Assembly: GCA_019894975.1 (NCBI GenBank)
Contig: JAGXNO010000039.1
Coordinates: 1 to 33,209 of the forward strand
DNA length: 33,209 bases
Direction: 5' to 3'
Source of the DNA: Promethearchaeota archaeon
GTDB taxonomy: Archaea > Asgardarchaeota > Lokiarchaeia > Sigyniarchaeales > SOKP01
Shown piece by piece: positions 17,279 through 27,460 of this stretch. The stretch's first letter is position 1, and each line of letters opens with the position of its first letter. The notes beneath the pieces were generated by a model. That model searched no databases, was not told where the DNA came from, and saw nothing but the letters and a program-made list of their open reading frames with translations. The translations under genes were made by a program, and so were the position numbers.

Positions 17279-18556
17279 TTATTTAAAATCTAGAAATCTC
17301 CCTGATTCCATCATATCACAAGGTTTCAAGTAAGATTTGCCTGACTTCTCGGCAAAGTCATATAATTTTTCTGCCCATTCTTTATATTTTGTTTTACCTA
17401 TAACAAAAGGACCAGGCATAAAAGTACCTTTCAAGAGTACTTTATTTATTAATTCATAACTCTTTACAACACCTTCATCTAACAACCTACATGCTTCATT
17501 TAATTGTATCGCAGAAATTATTTCTAGATCTAAAAGTTTTGTTATAAAATCGGTAGTACTCTTTTCTACAGGGGGTAGATTTTTTATTGGCCCATCTTCA
17601 TTCCACTTATAAAATCCTTCCCCTACTTTTCTACCGAATTTCCCCTCATTAAATAAATCTGTGAGTCTTTCGCTAGGAGCAAAATCGGGAGAAATCTTTT
17701 TTTCAAGATATTTAGAGCAATAGTATATAGTATCTATTCCAATAACATCAGCTACTTCAGATGAAAAGTCTGCAGCATCTAACTTTTCCCGGGATATTCC
17801 GTTTTCTATTGCTTGATTCATCAACCAGTTAAAGTAGAGTGTTCCTGTTATGGCAAGTCGGTTTGCAATGAGACCCGGAGTCTCTTTTTCAAGTTGAACT
17901 GTAAACCTTTCACCCATTAAACTAGGAAATCTTTGAGCAACTTCTCGGCCTATATCAAGGGATTCTGCTGAAGATTTTTCCCCAGGGGTGATTTCAATTA
18001 ACATTCCTGTTATTGGGAAATAAGTGTGAAAATGCATCCCTATAACCTTTTCAGGGCGTTTAGAGTCTTGAGCAATATCAGTAATACTCATTGATGAAGT
18101 ATTCGATGCTAAAACTGCTTGAGGCGGAGAATATTCTCCCAATTGTTCAAAAATTTTTTGCTTAAGTTCCATTTTCTCAGAAACAGCTTCAATTACAAAA
18201 TCTGTATCCCTTACTCCTTTTGAAATATCTGTTTCTGTACACAGTCGGCTCAGAATAGTTTTAATATCAACCTTATTAGCTACTATACCAACTGATTCGA
18301 AACTCCCCAGCTTATTTTTAAAATCTAAATTTTTTAACAGATCGTGATAAGCAAAAAATTCTTTACATTTCTCCTCGGATTCAAGAGCCTCAATTCGCTG
18401 TTGAATAAGTATTCTTGATTTTTCGAGTATTTCAGAGTTAAGATCAATAACTGTAACTTTCTCATATCCGGTAAGCAGGGCAACCTGAGCGATTCCTGAT
18501 CCCATAATTCCCCCGCCAATTACTGCAAAATTTTTTATTTTATCTAATTCAACCAC
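17279..18556 (-). CDS. 3-hydroxyacyl-CoA dehydrogenase family protein
   Basis: VIGGGIMGSGIAQ, DFVIEAVSE, LASNTSS, GMHF, GLIANR, GRKVGEGFY. Confidence 0.9.
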   Translation of the reverse strand: MVELDKIKNFAVIGGGIMGSGIAQVALLTGYEKVTVIDLNSEILEKSRILIQQRIEALESEEKCKEFFAYHDLLKNLDFKNKLGSFESVGIVANKVDIKTILSRLCTETDISKGVRDTDFVIEAVSEKMELKQKIFEQLGEYSPPQAVLASNTSSMSITDIAQDSKRPEKVIGMHFHTYFPITGMLIEITPGEKSSAESLDIGREVAQRFPSLMGERFTVQLEKETPGLIANRLAITGTLYFNWLMNQAIENGISREKLDAADFSSEVADVIGIDTIYYCSKYLEKKISPDFAPSERLTDLFNEGKFGRKVGEGFYKWNEDGPIKNLPPVEKSTTDFITKLLDLEIISAIQLNEACRLLDEGVVKSYELINKVLLKGTFMPGPFVIGKTKYKEWAEKLYDFAEKSGKSYLKPCDMMESGRFLDFK

Positions 18557-18596
18557 TTAAAAGCACCAGTTTTATGAGGTAAAAATAATCAAAACT

Positions 18597-19328
18597 TTAA
18601 ATAATTCTGGTAAAAATTTTCTCTTGAAGTGATTTTGAAGCATCAAAAAAGTCTATAATTCTGTGACTACCAGAGGTACCGTTTAAAATTACGCAAGAAA
18701 AATCCCATTTTTCAATCAGAGTTAATAAATATGGATCTATTGGCCTTGATTGGTTTTTTAATTCATCATCTGAATTTTTAAGCCTAAGTAATTTCCCAAA
18801 TTCTTTCAATTTTCTGAATTCTCTCGTAGAAATTTCTTTAATAACTTGAGTCTTTTCATCCATAATGCCATCAACATCTTTTACTAAAAAACATTCATTT
18901 ACACCAAAACTTCTTGCCAGAAAAAGGGTTATTGAATCAGAAGTGACCTGCCAATTATGTGGTAATTTATCATTATTTTTTAAGAATTGATAAGGTAAAA
19001 ATATAGAAAATGTTTTATCGGTATCTTTTAATCTTCTATAATCTTCAAAAGCTTCTATTTTGGGAAATCTTTTACCTAATTCTATTCCATTATAATTCAT
19101 TGAAATAATGCTCATCCAATGAGCCAGTTCATCAGTGAATTTTAAATCATCATAAATTTTTCTGATAAAATTTGCGAAGGAACCACCACCAGGAATTATT
19201 ATTATTTTCTGGATTATATCCTTCTCATATAAATAGGATAATTGAGATATTGTGGAACTTACATTCTCAAAATCCTCTAAAATTGAACCCCCAATCTTAA
19301 ATATTGTAGTCTTGTGATTCATGATCAT
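18597..19328 (-). CDS. mfnE: Amino-acid-kinase family protein, MfnE-like (methanofuran biosynthesis kinase)
   Basis: KIGGS, IPGGGSFANFIR, AHWMSI, LPHNWQVTSDSI, KDVDG; lies next to an mfnF-like gene. Confidence 0.75.
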   Translation of the reverse strand: MIMNHKTTIFKIGGSILEDFENVSSTISQLSYLYEKDIIQKIIIIPGGGSFANFIRKIYDDLKFTDELAHWMSIISMNYNGIELGKRFPKIEAFEDYRRLKDTDKTFSIFLPYQFLKNNDKLPHNWQVTSDSITLFLARSFGVNECFLVKDVDGIMDEKTQVIKEISTREFRKLKEFGKLLRLKNSDDELKNQSRPIDPYLLTLIEKWDFSCVILNGTSGSHRIIDFFDASKSLQEKIFTRII

Positions 19329-19334
19329 TCATTT

Positions 19335-20408
19335 CTATTCTAATTGATAATGTAATGCTCCTGCTACAGCGAATGCAGATGAACTAAGTTTATTAGGTAG
19401 GTTCGTTATTTCCTCAAACCTACTAATATTTGGGTACCCTAAAATTAGAAGAGATTTTCTAATCAAGAAATCAGCTGATAAGCCCGTTATAACGAATTGT
19501 GGATTTTTTTCAAACTGGTTAATTCTAGTTACCAGGTTAGTCATGAATACTCTAATTTCTTTTGAAATAATATCTAATTGTTTGTTATAAATAAATTGTG
19601 CAATTTTGTTTAAATCATCTGTTGAAATTGTGTCTATATCCATACATATTACTCTAGAAAGTCTAGCATAACAGTCATGTAGTGATTTTGAACGATTATC
19701 GGCTGCATCATTAGTATAAGCTTCTTCTGAGATATTATTTAAAATTCTATGGACATCAGCTATTAAGGCAAATTTTTCAAATGAAACACGCACCATATGG
19801 TCTTCATAAGGAACATGATGTGTTATAGATGGAATAGTCGCTCGCAACCCCCCTGTATAAATTAATTCGTGATTAATTAAGCGTGAAATGTCATCTTTTC
19901 CTATTGAAGCAGGTTTTGAATCAAAAATGGGAATTATATCGATTGTGGTAGAGCCTGCATCAATTAAAATACATTCAGGTTCGAAATGACCTAAAAATAG
20001 AGCGGTAGATACCCAATTAGCTGCTGCGATTGAATAAGGATTGGATTTAACATCCACATAATCTAGAAAGCTTGATTTGTTTGATATAAATTTTAATTTA
20101 TCCTTGTCAAATACATTCCCTAATGCTTCGAGAATTGTTAAAATACCCTCTTTCTTGGTTTGAAAAGCGTCGGAAAGTTCTGCTGTTATTGTAATGGCAC
20201 AATAATCTATATCTTTAAGTTGATAATTCTCTTTTTCAAATAGTTTGTTTATAATATTTATTAACATTTCAGGAATTTCTATAATAGATTTCTCCCAGAA
20301 TGGAAAATATTCTATAAAAGACAAAGATTTTATAATTTCACTTGCTTTATAATGAATTAACGCTGCTTTTGTATTAGCTCCACCTATATCTAACCCTATA
20401 ATGATTAT
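19335..20408 (-). CDS. mfnF: Hydantoinase A/oxoprolinase-family protein, MfnF-like; probable AUA start
   Basis: In-frame upstream of the track start is the family motif IIGLDIGGANTKAA. Also ITAELSDAF..K.EG, AAANW, LIDAGSTTIDIIP, ELIYTGGLR. Confidence 0.8.
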   Translation of the reverse strand: MIIIGLDIGGANTKAALIHYKASEIIKSLSFIEYFPFWEKSIIEIPEMLINIINKLFEKENYQLKDIDYCAITITAELSDAFQTKKEGILTILEALGNVFDKDKLKFISNKSSFLDYVDVKSNPYSIAAANWVSTALFLGHFEPECILIDAGSTTIDIIPIFDSKPASIGKDDISRLINHELIYTGGLRATIPSITHHVPYEDHMVRVSFEKFALIADVHRILNNISEEAYTNDAADNRSKSLHDCYARLSRVICMDIDTISTDDLNKIAQFIYNKQLDIISKEIRVFMTNLVTRINQFEKNPQFVITGLSADFLIRKSLLILGYPNISRFEEITNLPNKLSSSAFAVAGALHYQLE

Positions 20409-20410
20409 GT

Positions 20411-21448
20411 TTAACTACCCCGATATCTATCTATTATATCAGTAATTAATAGATCAAGGTTTTCTCCGCTTATTGCATTTGTTAAATAGAGTTTCTCATT
20501 ATTAATATTTAATTTTTCCTTGAGATATTCAATTTCTGTGTCTTTTGCAAGGTCAATTTTATTAAATATGATAATGATCTCGATTTCTCCTTCTTTAGAA
20601 AAGTTTTGTTTAATTTCATGAAATAATTCAATTTGAGATTCTATATCATAACCACATGCGGGAGTTGGATCAAACACAAATAAAATTAAATCAGATATTA
20701 ACCTTAAAGCAAGAATTGCTTGTAATTCAATGCTATTTCTTTTTGACATAGGACGATCCAGTATACCCGGAGTATCTAAACATTGTATTTTTACTTTATC
20801 AAATCTTCCTTCTACTTCAAGGTGTCCCATATTTAATTGTCTAGTTGTAAAGGGGTACTCTTTAATTTCGATTTTTTTATTGGTGGAGATATTTTTAACA
20901 ATACTACTTTTACCTACATTAGGATAACCTGCAACCACAATACATGGTATAGTATAGTCAATAGTAGGAATTCTTCTTAAATCGCCTCTAATAGAATTCA
21001 AATGTTTTAGATTTTTATTTTGCTTGTTAATAACGGAGGATATTCTACCAAAAGCTGATCTTCTTAATTGATCTCCTTCTTTAGGAGCCTCAATTTTATT
21101 CAATCGTCGTATATGCTCTCTTTGTATTTTCCTGAGGACAGGTAAAATCCCATTTAGTTTACCTAACGTAAGTTTTAATTTGTCTATATCTACCAAAATA
21201 GATGCTAATTCTTGATAAAAATCGGGAAGATCATCAATAATAGGCACCGACTTAATTATTTTAAAAATTCTGTTAATTAATTCTTCTGTTGCGACTTTAA
21301 TACGTTTAGATTCCTTTTTTTTTGCCTTTATTAAAATAGGAGCGTTTAGTGAGACTTGAGCTGAGCTTTTCATCCCTCTTTTAAAAGCTATATCTAACAA
21401 TTCCTGTGAATTGGGAACATGATAGAATTCATTAAATGGATTGTTCAT
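20411..21448 (-). CDS. nog1: NOG1-family GTPase (nucleolar GTP-binding protein 1 homologue)
   Basis: AGYPNVGKSS, YPFTT, DTPGILDRPMSKRNSIE, NKID. Confidence 0.92.
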   Translation of the reverse strand: MNNPFNEFYHVPNSQELLDIAFKRGMKSSAQVSLNAPILIKAKKKESKRIKVATEELINRIFKIIKSVPIIDDLPDFYQELASILVDIDKLKLTLGKLNGILPVLRKIQREHIRRLNKIEAPKEGDQLRRSAFGRISSVINKQNKNLKHLNSIRGDLRRIPTIDYTIPCIVVAGYPNVGKSSIVKNISTNKKIEIKEYPFTTRQLNMGHLEVEGRFDKVKIQCLDTPGILDRPMSKRNSIELQAILALRLISDLILFVFDPTPACGYDIESQIELFHEIKQNFSKEGEIEIIIIFNKIDLAKDTEIEYLKEKLNINNEKLYLTNAISGENLDLLITDIIDRYRGS

Positions 21449-21495
21449 TTGGCATCTGACCTATTTTTAATTTGAAATTAGAGAGGGATTTATAC

Positions 21496-22035
21496 TTATT
21501 CCTTTGAACTTAGTGTTGTTAATTTCTTCTCAATTTCATAGATTTCATTAGAAAAGTTAATTAAGTCTTTAGGAATAGCCTTATATATTTCTAAAATATG
21601 TTCGTATCTCCCTTTTACTCTTGAATATTTACCTAGTTTTTCTTCTTTTTCTGCTTTTTCTAACATCATCACAACTTGTTCAAGTTTCTTTTTCATTTCG
21701 GGAGGTACTACCTTTTGTTCTGATAATTTTTTTTCACTAAAGGCTTCTTTTTCCTTTAACGCTTTATCCATACGCTTCTGAAACTCCGTCTCACCTTTAG
21801 TTATTACATCGGAATCTTTTGTTTCATACTTAACCAAATTTTTTACCTGAGCAATTCTCTGATTAATCATTCTAATCTTACCTTGGAATCCTAATTTTTC
21901 ATATAATTCTTGTGCTTCTTCTAAGAAAGATATCGCGGCAACAAAATTCCTCTTTGCGAATTCTTCTTTAGATTGCTTCTCTAGGCGTTCTGCTTCTTTT
22001 TCTAGCTCATCAAAAGGTCCTGGCATCTGGCTCAT
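21496..22035 (-). CDS. Hypothetical alpha-helical protein with two MIT/TPR-like helical modules
   Basis: Repeated pattern: A..F.AAI..LEEA..LY and AEKEEKLGKY...YEHILEIY. Confidence 0.65.
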   Translation of the reverse strand: MSQMPGPFDELEKEAERLEKQSKEEFAKRNFVAAISFLEEAQELYEKLGFQGKIRMINQRIAQVKNLVKYETKDSDVITKGETEFQKRMDKALKEKEAFSEKKLSEQKVVPPEMKKKLEQVVMMLEKAEKEEKLGKYSRVKGRYEHILEIYKAIPKDLINFSNEIYEIEKKLTTLSSKE

Positions 22036-22198
22036 TTAAAAATTTTAAATTTACTAAGAATTTTTTATTTCTAAAACATAAAAATGTATCAAAAATCATA
22101 AAGTTATGGTAAAAATCAGCAAATTTAATTAGATCCAAATCTAAAAATAAATAACGTGTATATTTGTGAATACATTAAAAATATCTGACAAGATCACA

Positions 22199-23287
22199 AT
22201 GAAAAAATATAATGTAGGAATATTAGGAGCCACAGGTATTGTAGGGCAAAATTATATTAATCTACTACAAGATCATCCATGGTTTCAGATAGTGGACGTA
22301 GCTGCATCACCGAGATCAGCAAGTAAGACATATAAGGAAGCAGTGAAGACAAAATGGCAAATGCCCAATTTAATACCAGATAATATTAAAGATTTGGTTG
22401 TAAGAGATGTGCAAGATTTTGAAGGAATGACAAAAGATTTAAGTTTCGTCTTCTCTGCTATTAATATGCCAACTAAAGAGCAAATTAGGGAGCTTGAAAT
22501 CGAATATGCTAGAAGGGGGATACCTGTTTTAAGTAATAATTCTGCTCATCGTTGGTCTCCGGATGTACCCATGATGATTGGTGAAATTAATCATGAACAT
22601 GTAAAAGTTATCCCGATCCAACAAAAAAATAGAGGTTTCACAAAGGGATTTATTGTTGTGAAACCAAATTGCTCACTACAAAGCTATTTAACTCCAATAT
22701 TTGCTTTAGAGCAAGCAGGTTATAAAGTTGATAAATTAATCATAACAACTCTACAGGCAATATCGGGAGCAGGTTATCCTGGTGTTCCATCTTTGGATGT
22801 TATTGATAACATTATTCCATATATTAATGGAGAAGAAGAAAAGACAGAGAAAGAACCACACAAAATTTTAGGTAAAATAGCAGAAAAAGGAATTGAAAAT
22901 GATGATTCAATAGAGATAAGCAGTACATGTACACGAGTCGCCGTATCTGACGGTCATACTGCATCAGTAAATGTAAAATTCAAGGAAAGGGTTCCCTCAA
23001 AAGAAGAAATCATTAAAATTTGGAATGACTTTAAATCCCTACCTCAAGAATTAAATTTACCGTTTGCTCCAAAACAACCAATTATATACTTACATAATAT
23101 TGATAGACCGCAACCAAAGAAAGATAGAGATAATGATAAGGGAATGGCTTTAACCGTTGGACGTTTAAGAGAGGATAATGTATTTGACTTTAAGTTTGTC
23201 GCATTAAGTCATAATACGATAAGAGGTGCTGCGGGAGGTAGTATTTTAAGTGCAGAGTTATTAGTGTCTAAAGAATATATATCCTAA
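22199..23287 (+). CDS. asd: Aspartate-semialdehyde dehydrogenase (archaeal/eukaryotic type)
   Basis: VGILGATGIVGQ, PNCS, QAISGAGYPGV, CTRVAVSDGH, HNTIRGAAGGSIL. ATG at 22199. Confidence 0.95.
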   Translation: MKKYNVGILGATGIVGQNYINLLQDHPWFQIVDVAASPRSASKTYKEAVKTKWQMPNLIPDNIKDLVVRDVQDFEGMTKDLSFVFSAINMPTKEQIRELEIEYARRGIPVLSNNSAHRWSPDVPMMIGEINHEHVKVIPIQQKNRGFTKGFIVVKPNCSLQSYLTPIFALEQAGYKVDKLIITTLQAISGAGYPGVPSLDVIDNIIPYINGEEEKTEKEPHKILGKIAEKGIENDDSIEISSTCTRVAVSDGHTASVNVKFKERVPSKEEIIKIWNDFKSLPQELNLPFAPKQPIIYLHNIDRPQPKKDRDNDKGMALTVGRLREDNVFDFKFVALSHNTIRGAAGGSILSAELLVSKEYIS

Positions 23288-23335
23288 TTTCATACTTCCG
23301 AAATACTGAAAGGGTTCAATAATTATATGTAAAAG

Positions 23336-24919
23336 TTAAAATTCATGTTTATCAATTAGAATCGGGAGAACAAGTTTTAAAAAGGAAATTGTTCCTTTCT
23401 CTTTCAGTAATGTATAAGGTGGTATTTCAGGAAAGAGAGAGAAGAATTTTTGCTTTTTTAACATTTTTAGAGTTTTGATTTTTGAGAGAGGAGAATATTT
23501 TGATTGCTCAAAAATAAAATGTTTAATGAAGTCTTGTACCAATTGCCTATCAATTATAATTATAGAGGTTAGAAACCCGAATTTTTCTGATAAGTTGTGC
23601 CGAATTGACTCTAAACTCTCGATTTCTGTAGTACTATTAAATAGATCTTCTTTATTAATTGAATTAATTTTTGTTAGAGTTTTATCTTCAATTTCAATAA
23701 GGAGGCTATATTCAGAAACTTCCCTTAAATAGTTAAAATTCTTCAAATTAAGATTTTTAGATTGTTGGATATCAGTAAGGATAACTAAAATCTGTGAATT
23801 TAACCCAAACCAGCTATCAAATAAATTAGAAATTAAGTCTGGTATAGCCCAATGAGATAATTTACGAAGGTTAACATTAAACCCAAATAATCTAGTTAAA
23901 AATCGTAATAAATTATTATATATAACTGGTTTGGGCTTTAAAAACCAAAATTTCTCAAAACTTCGATAGCCAAACAACAATTTTTGGAATATCAAGAATA
24001 AGTTTTCCTTTTTAACGTTAGCGGATAGATTAGATATTTCAGTTAACAATGAAATTACATTATTTTGATGAATAAAATAGGATTGATCTGTTTGTAAACG
24101 TTCGTTAACAAGTTCTAAGATTTCATTTTCGCTTAACCCTTCAAACTCGATTCCTAAATCCTCTGGAATTAAAAATTTTAATCTTAAATAGGGTTGTTCA
24201 GATTTTGAAATAAATATTTTCTGTATGTGTAAAATAAAAGTTAATGTTTTAGCACCGAAGATAAATGATACATTGAATATGGGTAAGTATGAATAAACCA
24301 TCTTAAAAAGGTTATTCAAACGGTATCCGTTTAAGAAATTGACAATATCTTTTAAGAAATTAAATATTTTTGGCTCAGGATGTATTATAAATAATTTTTT
24401 GTTTATTAATTCCTGAATTAAATCCAAGAATCTTATCAATAATAGATCGAGAGGTAAATCTTCTATATCTAAACAGTATTGATTAATATAGGATATTGCT
24501 TGTTCCTTAAATATTCGTATTGATGAGATTCTTCCTCTTTTTTTTTTAATTAATCCTTCAAGAATTCTATTATAAAATCTATCAACATCCTCAAAATCTT
24601 TTTTATGAAGTTTAATATCATCATTGGGTAAGATTTCTAATGACTCATGAATCCCCGCTTTCTTGGTTTTATATAGATACAATTTAAGAATATTTCGACC
24701 ATCATCAGATATTATTATATCGAGTACATTTTGCTGAGAATTGATGAACTTTGGGTAAAGGATCTCAAATAAATAGTATAGAAGATAAGGATTAATCTCT
24801 ATGGGGGTAAGGGGTATTCTTATCTTTTTATCAGTTAATTTGGTTTTATCTCCAGGAACAAAATTAGAATTAAAATCAAGAATTTTGACCCAATTTTCTC
24901 GGAACTTCTTATTAATCAT
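23336..24919 (-). CDS. Hypothetical protein
   Basis: 527-aa ORF, 3 nt downstream of the DUF362 gene; no motif recognised. Confidence 0.7.
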   Translation of the reverse strand: MINKKFRENWVKILDFNSNFVPGDKTKLTDKKIRIPLTPIEINPYLLYYLFEILYPKFINSQQNVLDIIISDDGRNILKLYLYKTKKAGIHESLEILPNDDIKLHKKDFEDVDRFYNRILEGLIKKKRGRISSIRIFKEQAISYINQYCLDIEDLPLDLLLIRFLDLIQELINKKLFIIHPEPKIFNFLKDIVNFLNGYRLNNLFKMVYSYLPIFNVSFIFGAKTLTFILHIQKIFISKSEQPYLRLKFLIPEDLGIEFEGLSENEILELVNERLQTDQSYFIHQNNVISLLTEISNLSANVKKENLFLIFQKLLFGYRSFEKFWFLKPKPVIYNNLLRFLTRLFGFNVNLRKLSHWAIPDLISNLFDSWFGLNSQILVILTDIQQSKNLNLKNFNYLREVSEYSLLIEIEDKTLTKINSINKEDLFNSTTEIESLESIRHNLSEKFGFLTSIIIIDRQLVQDFIKHFIFEQSKYSPLSKIKTLKMLKKQKFFSLFPEIPPYTLLKEKGTISFLKLVLPILIDKHEF

Positions 24920-24922
24920 TTC

Positions 24923-26395
24923 TTAAATTACCCCCATTATCCTAAGTTTCTCTTCAGTTTTTGGATCAACTAAAATCTTTAAGAAATTACTTAATAATGA
25001 TAAATTAGGTAAATTACCTTTTCCGTAGTATTTAAATATTAGTTTTAAGCAATCAGCAATATCAGGAGGACATCCAGGTAACTCCAATATATTTTTATTT
25101 GTTTTAAATTTAATTTTTTCTTTATTTTGTTGATCTTTTTCTCTCGATTTCTTAGAACTCTTCTTTTTTGAAGAAGACTTTTTGTAAATTATTTGTGTTC
25201 TTCTAAAATTGCTATTATTCGTGCTTCTCATAGCGCAATCCCCAAATAATATAACATTATCAAATCGTTCCGGTTCTCCCGGATTAAGCCCGACTAGGAA
25301 TGCATTTCGGGGGTTATATTTTAAATCTTTTATCATATGAGTTTTCATTAAATTCAATAGGTGGTAAGCCTGCTTAAAACAACCAGAACAGGTTTGTCCA
25401 GAATTTACTATAAAATTTTTCAAATTGATTTTAGCTAGTTTTGATACACATAGCTCAACAAAGATACTATTTTGTTCGATATCCTCTCCTACAAGGGTTA
25501 TTAGCTTAGGATCTATAATCCCTAATCCTCTTTGATGTGCTTCTAAAATTAGTTCATAATCTTGAGTTTCAATATTTAACAACTTTAAAGTTATAAGATC
25601 GGTGGATACAGCATTATTCCCTAACACCATTATACCGGTTTTTTGTAGGTTTGAATCCCTATAAATGCAAGGGCCAGAACGTTCCAGTATATAAAAAAGA
25701 TCATTTATTATTAAATCTGGTTGCTTAATTGAATAGACATCTAGTATATTTGAAATTAAATCTTTTTTATATTTATCTAGTGAGACATAGTCATTGTCTT
25801 GACTGTCATTAGTCTCGATTTCTTGATATTTGGGAGGTACCATGGAATAAGAATTCAAAAGAGAGAGATTTAATTTGAATAAGGGATTAACATTGACCTG
25901 ATTAACAACAATAAATTTATCCGAATCAATAATAACTTTTGGAACTAAAAATTCTTTTTCATTAATAGTTATTTTTGAAAAAGATTCCCCACTCAATTTT
26001 TCAAGTTGATCTTTCTTAATATTTTTCTTATTAAACAAATTACTATTATCTAAATAGGCAAATTCAGCTCCTAGGTTTCTGAAATATTCCTCTAAGTTCA
26101 GCACATTTGAAATTGAATTAATTGATATTGATTTAAAGGGAAAGCTACCCAAAAATATTTTACCTGCTCCTGCTTTTTTACAGGTAGTTATCAATGATTC
26201 AAGCACATCGAAATTAGTATTTGTAGGAAAGCCAGTAGGTTGACTTAAATTAAATTTAATGAAAATTTGGTCTCCTTCCTTAATGAATTTAGAGATACCC
26301 CCAAGAGTTTCAATTCCCTTTAAGAGAGTACTTTTTGGTATATCACCTTTTACAATAGCTACTTCTGCGTTCTTGAAATCTGATTCTTCATTCAT
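24923..26395 (-). CDS. DUF362-domain protein with C-terminal Cys motifs (probable Fe-S protein)
   Basis: GGISKFIKEGDQIFIKFNL, PDLIIND, CSGC, FGDCA, LPGCPP. Confidence 0.78.
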   Translation of the reverse strand: MNEESDFKNAEVAIVKGDIPKSTLLKGIETLGGISKFIKEGDQIFIKFNLSQPTGFPTNTNFDVLESLITTCKKAGAGKIFLGSFPFKSISINSISNVLNLEEYFRNLGAEFAYLDNSNLFNKKNIKKDQLEKLSGESFSKITINEKEFLVPKVIIDSDKFIVVNQVNVNPLFKLNLSLLNSYSMVPPKYQEIETNDSQDNDYVSLDKYKKDLISNILDVYSIKQPDLIINDLFYILERSGPCIYRDSNLQKTGIMVLGNNAVSTDLITLKLLNIETQDYELILEAHQRGLGIIDPKLITLVGEDIEQNSIFVELCVSKLAKINLKNFIVNSGQTCSGCFKQAYHLLNLMKTHMIKDLKYNPRNAFLVGLNPGEPERFDNVILFGDCAMRSTNNSNFRRTQIIYKKSSSKKKSSKKSREKDQQNKEKIKFKTNKNILELPGCPPDIADCLKLIFKYYGKGNLPNLSLLSNFLKILVDPKTEEKLRIMGVI

Positions 26396-26469
26396 AAAAA
26401 TAAAATAAATAACTCATTAATTAAAATAATAATATTAAATAATGAATGAATTGAATTTTAAGTTAAGTG

Positions 26470-27348
26470 ATGAGGAAGATGTTTAATATCAATGCTACTG
26501 ATTTAAAAGTAAAAATTCCCTCAGAGATTATTGGAGTGGATATGGGACAAAGTCTTTCAAAAATAGCATTTATACAAGACAATGTGCTAATCTGTTCTTC
26601 TTATTCGACCCAGAATGATTTAAGTTTAATAGAAGAAAACTTAGAATCAAAGATAAATCATTATAAATCTATGAATTTCACAGGTGGTAAATGTTTTAAA
26701 CTCTTTCAATCGTATAGTACAAAGTATAAGGCAGAAATCTTAAATGAATTTGATGCTAACGTTAAAGGGGTTGAGATCCTTTATCAATTAGAGAAAAAGA
26801 AGGAGTTACCACCATCTTTGATTGTGACCATTGGAACGGGAACTTCTATGGTTTCCAAAAAAAATTCAATTGACCATTTAGGGGGAACCGCTATTGGGGG
26901 GGGCTTCTTTATGGGATTGATTAAAGCTTTATTCAACATATCTGATTATAATGAGGGGTTAAACCTTGGTAAAAAAGGTAATAGATATAATGTTGATTTA
27001 AAAGTATCTGATATCTACGATCTTAATGATAATAGGATCAATGCGATTTTTAGGGAGTTCACAGCAGCATCGCTTGGAAAAATCGATATTAATTATGATA
27101 ATAAGAACATGAAGAAAGAGGATTTCATTAACTCACTAATATGTATGATTGGGGAAAATATTGGCACCATTGCAAACCTAATGGCTGATACAAATAATCT
27201 TACCAATATCGTGTTCTGTGGAGGTTTTTTAAAAGAAAATAAGATACTTAGGAAAATTTTATCCCTTTTATGTGTTGTGAATAAAAAAAAGGCAATTTTT
27301 CTAAAAAATTCAGAATTTTCTGCTGCTACTGGAGCTCTATTCTTATAA
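26470..27348 (+). CDS. Type II pantothenate kinase (fumble/CoaW-like)
   Basis: GVDMGQSLSK, FTGGK, EFDA, TIGTGTS, LGGTAIGGGFFMGL, GNRYNVDLKVSDIY, ASLGK, VFCGGF. Confidence 0.85.
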   Translation: MRKMFNINATDLKVKIPSEIIGVDMGQSLSKIAFIQDNVLICSSYSTQNDLSLIEENLESKINHYKSMNFTGGKCFKLFQSYSTKYKAEILNEFDANVKGVEILYQLEKKKELPPSLIVTIGTGTSMVSKKNSIDHLGGTAIGGGFFMGLIKALFNISDYNEGLNLGKKGNRYNVDLKVSDIYDLNDNRINAIFREFTAASLGKIDINYDNKNMKKEDFINSLICMIGENIGTIANLMADTNNLTNIVFCGGFLKENKILRKILSLLCVVNKKKAIFLKNSEFSAATGALFL

Positions 27349-27351
27349 AGT

Positions 27352-27420
27352 GTGCGCCGATTTGGAGATTATTAATCATTGAAATGGATTTTCTCATAAA
27401 AACACTATAAATCGGCGCAT
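27352..27420. other. GC-rich stem-loop between convergent genes (terminator or structured RNA)
   Basis: Perfect 11-bp inverted repeat TGCGCCGATTT(27353-63)/AAATCGGCGCA(27409-19). Confidence 0.55.
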
Positions 27421-27460
27421 TTTATAAAAAAATGAGCTAAAATCAAATTTGTTGATTGGT

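Noticed and set aside
27352-27420. Third SECIS element
   Set aside because: There is an AUGA on the minus strand but no correctly placed 3' GA or helix, and neither flanking gene has an in-frame UGA.
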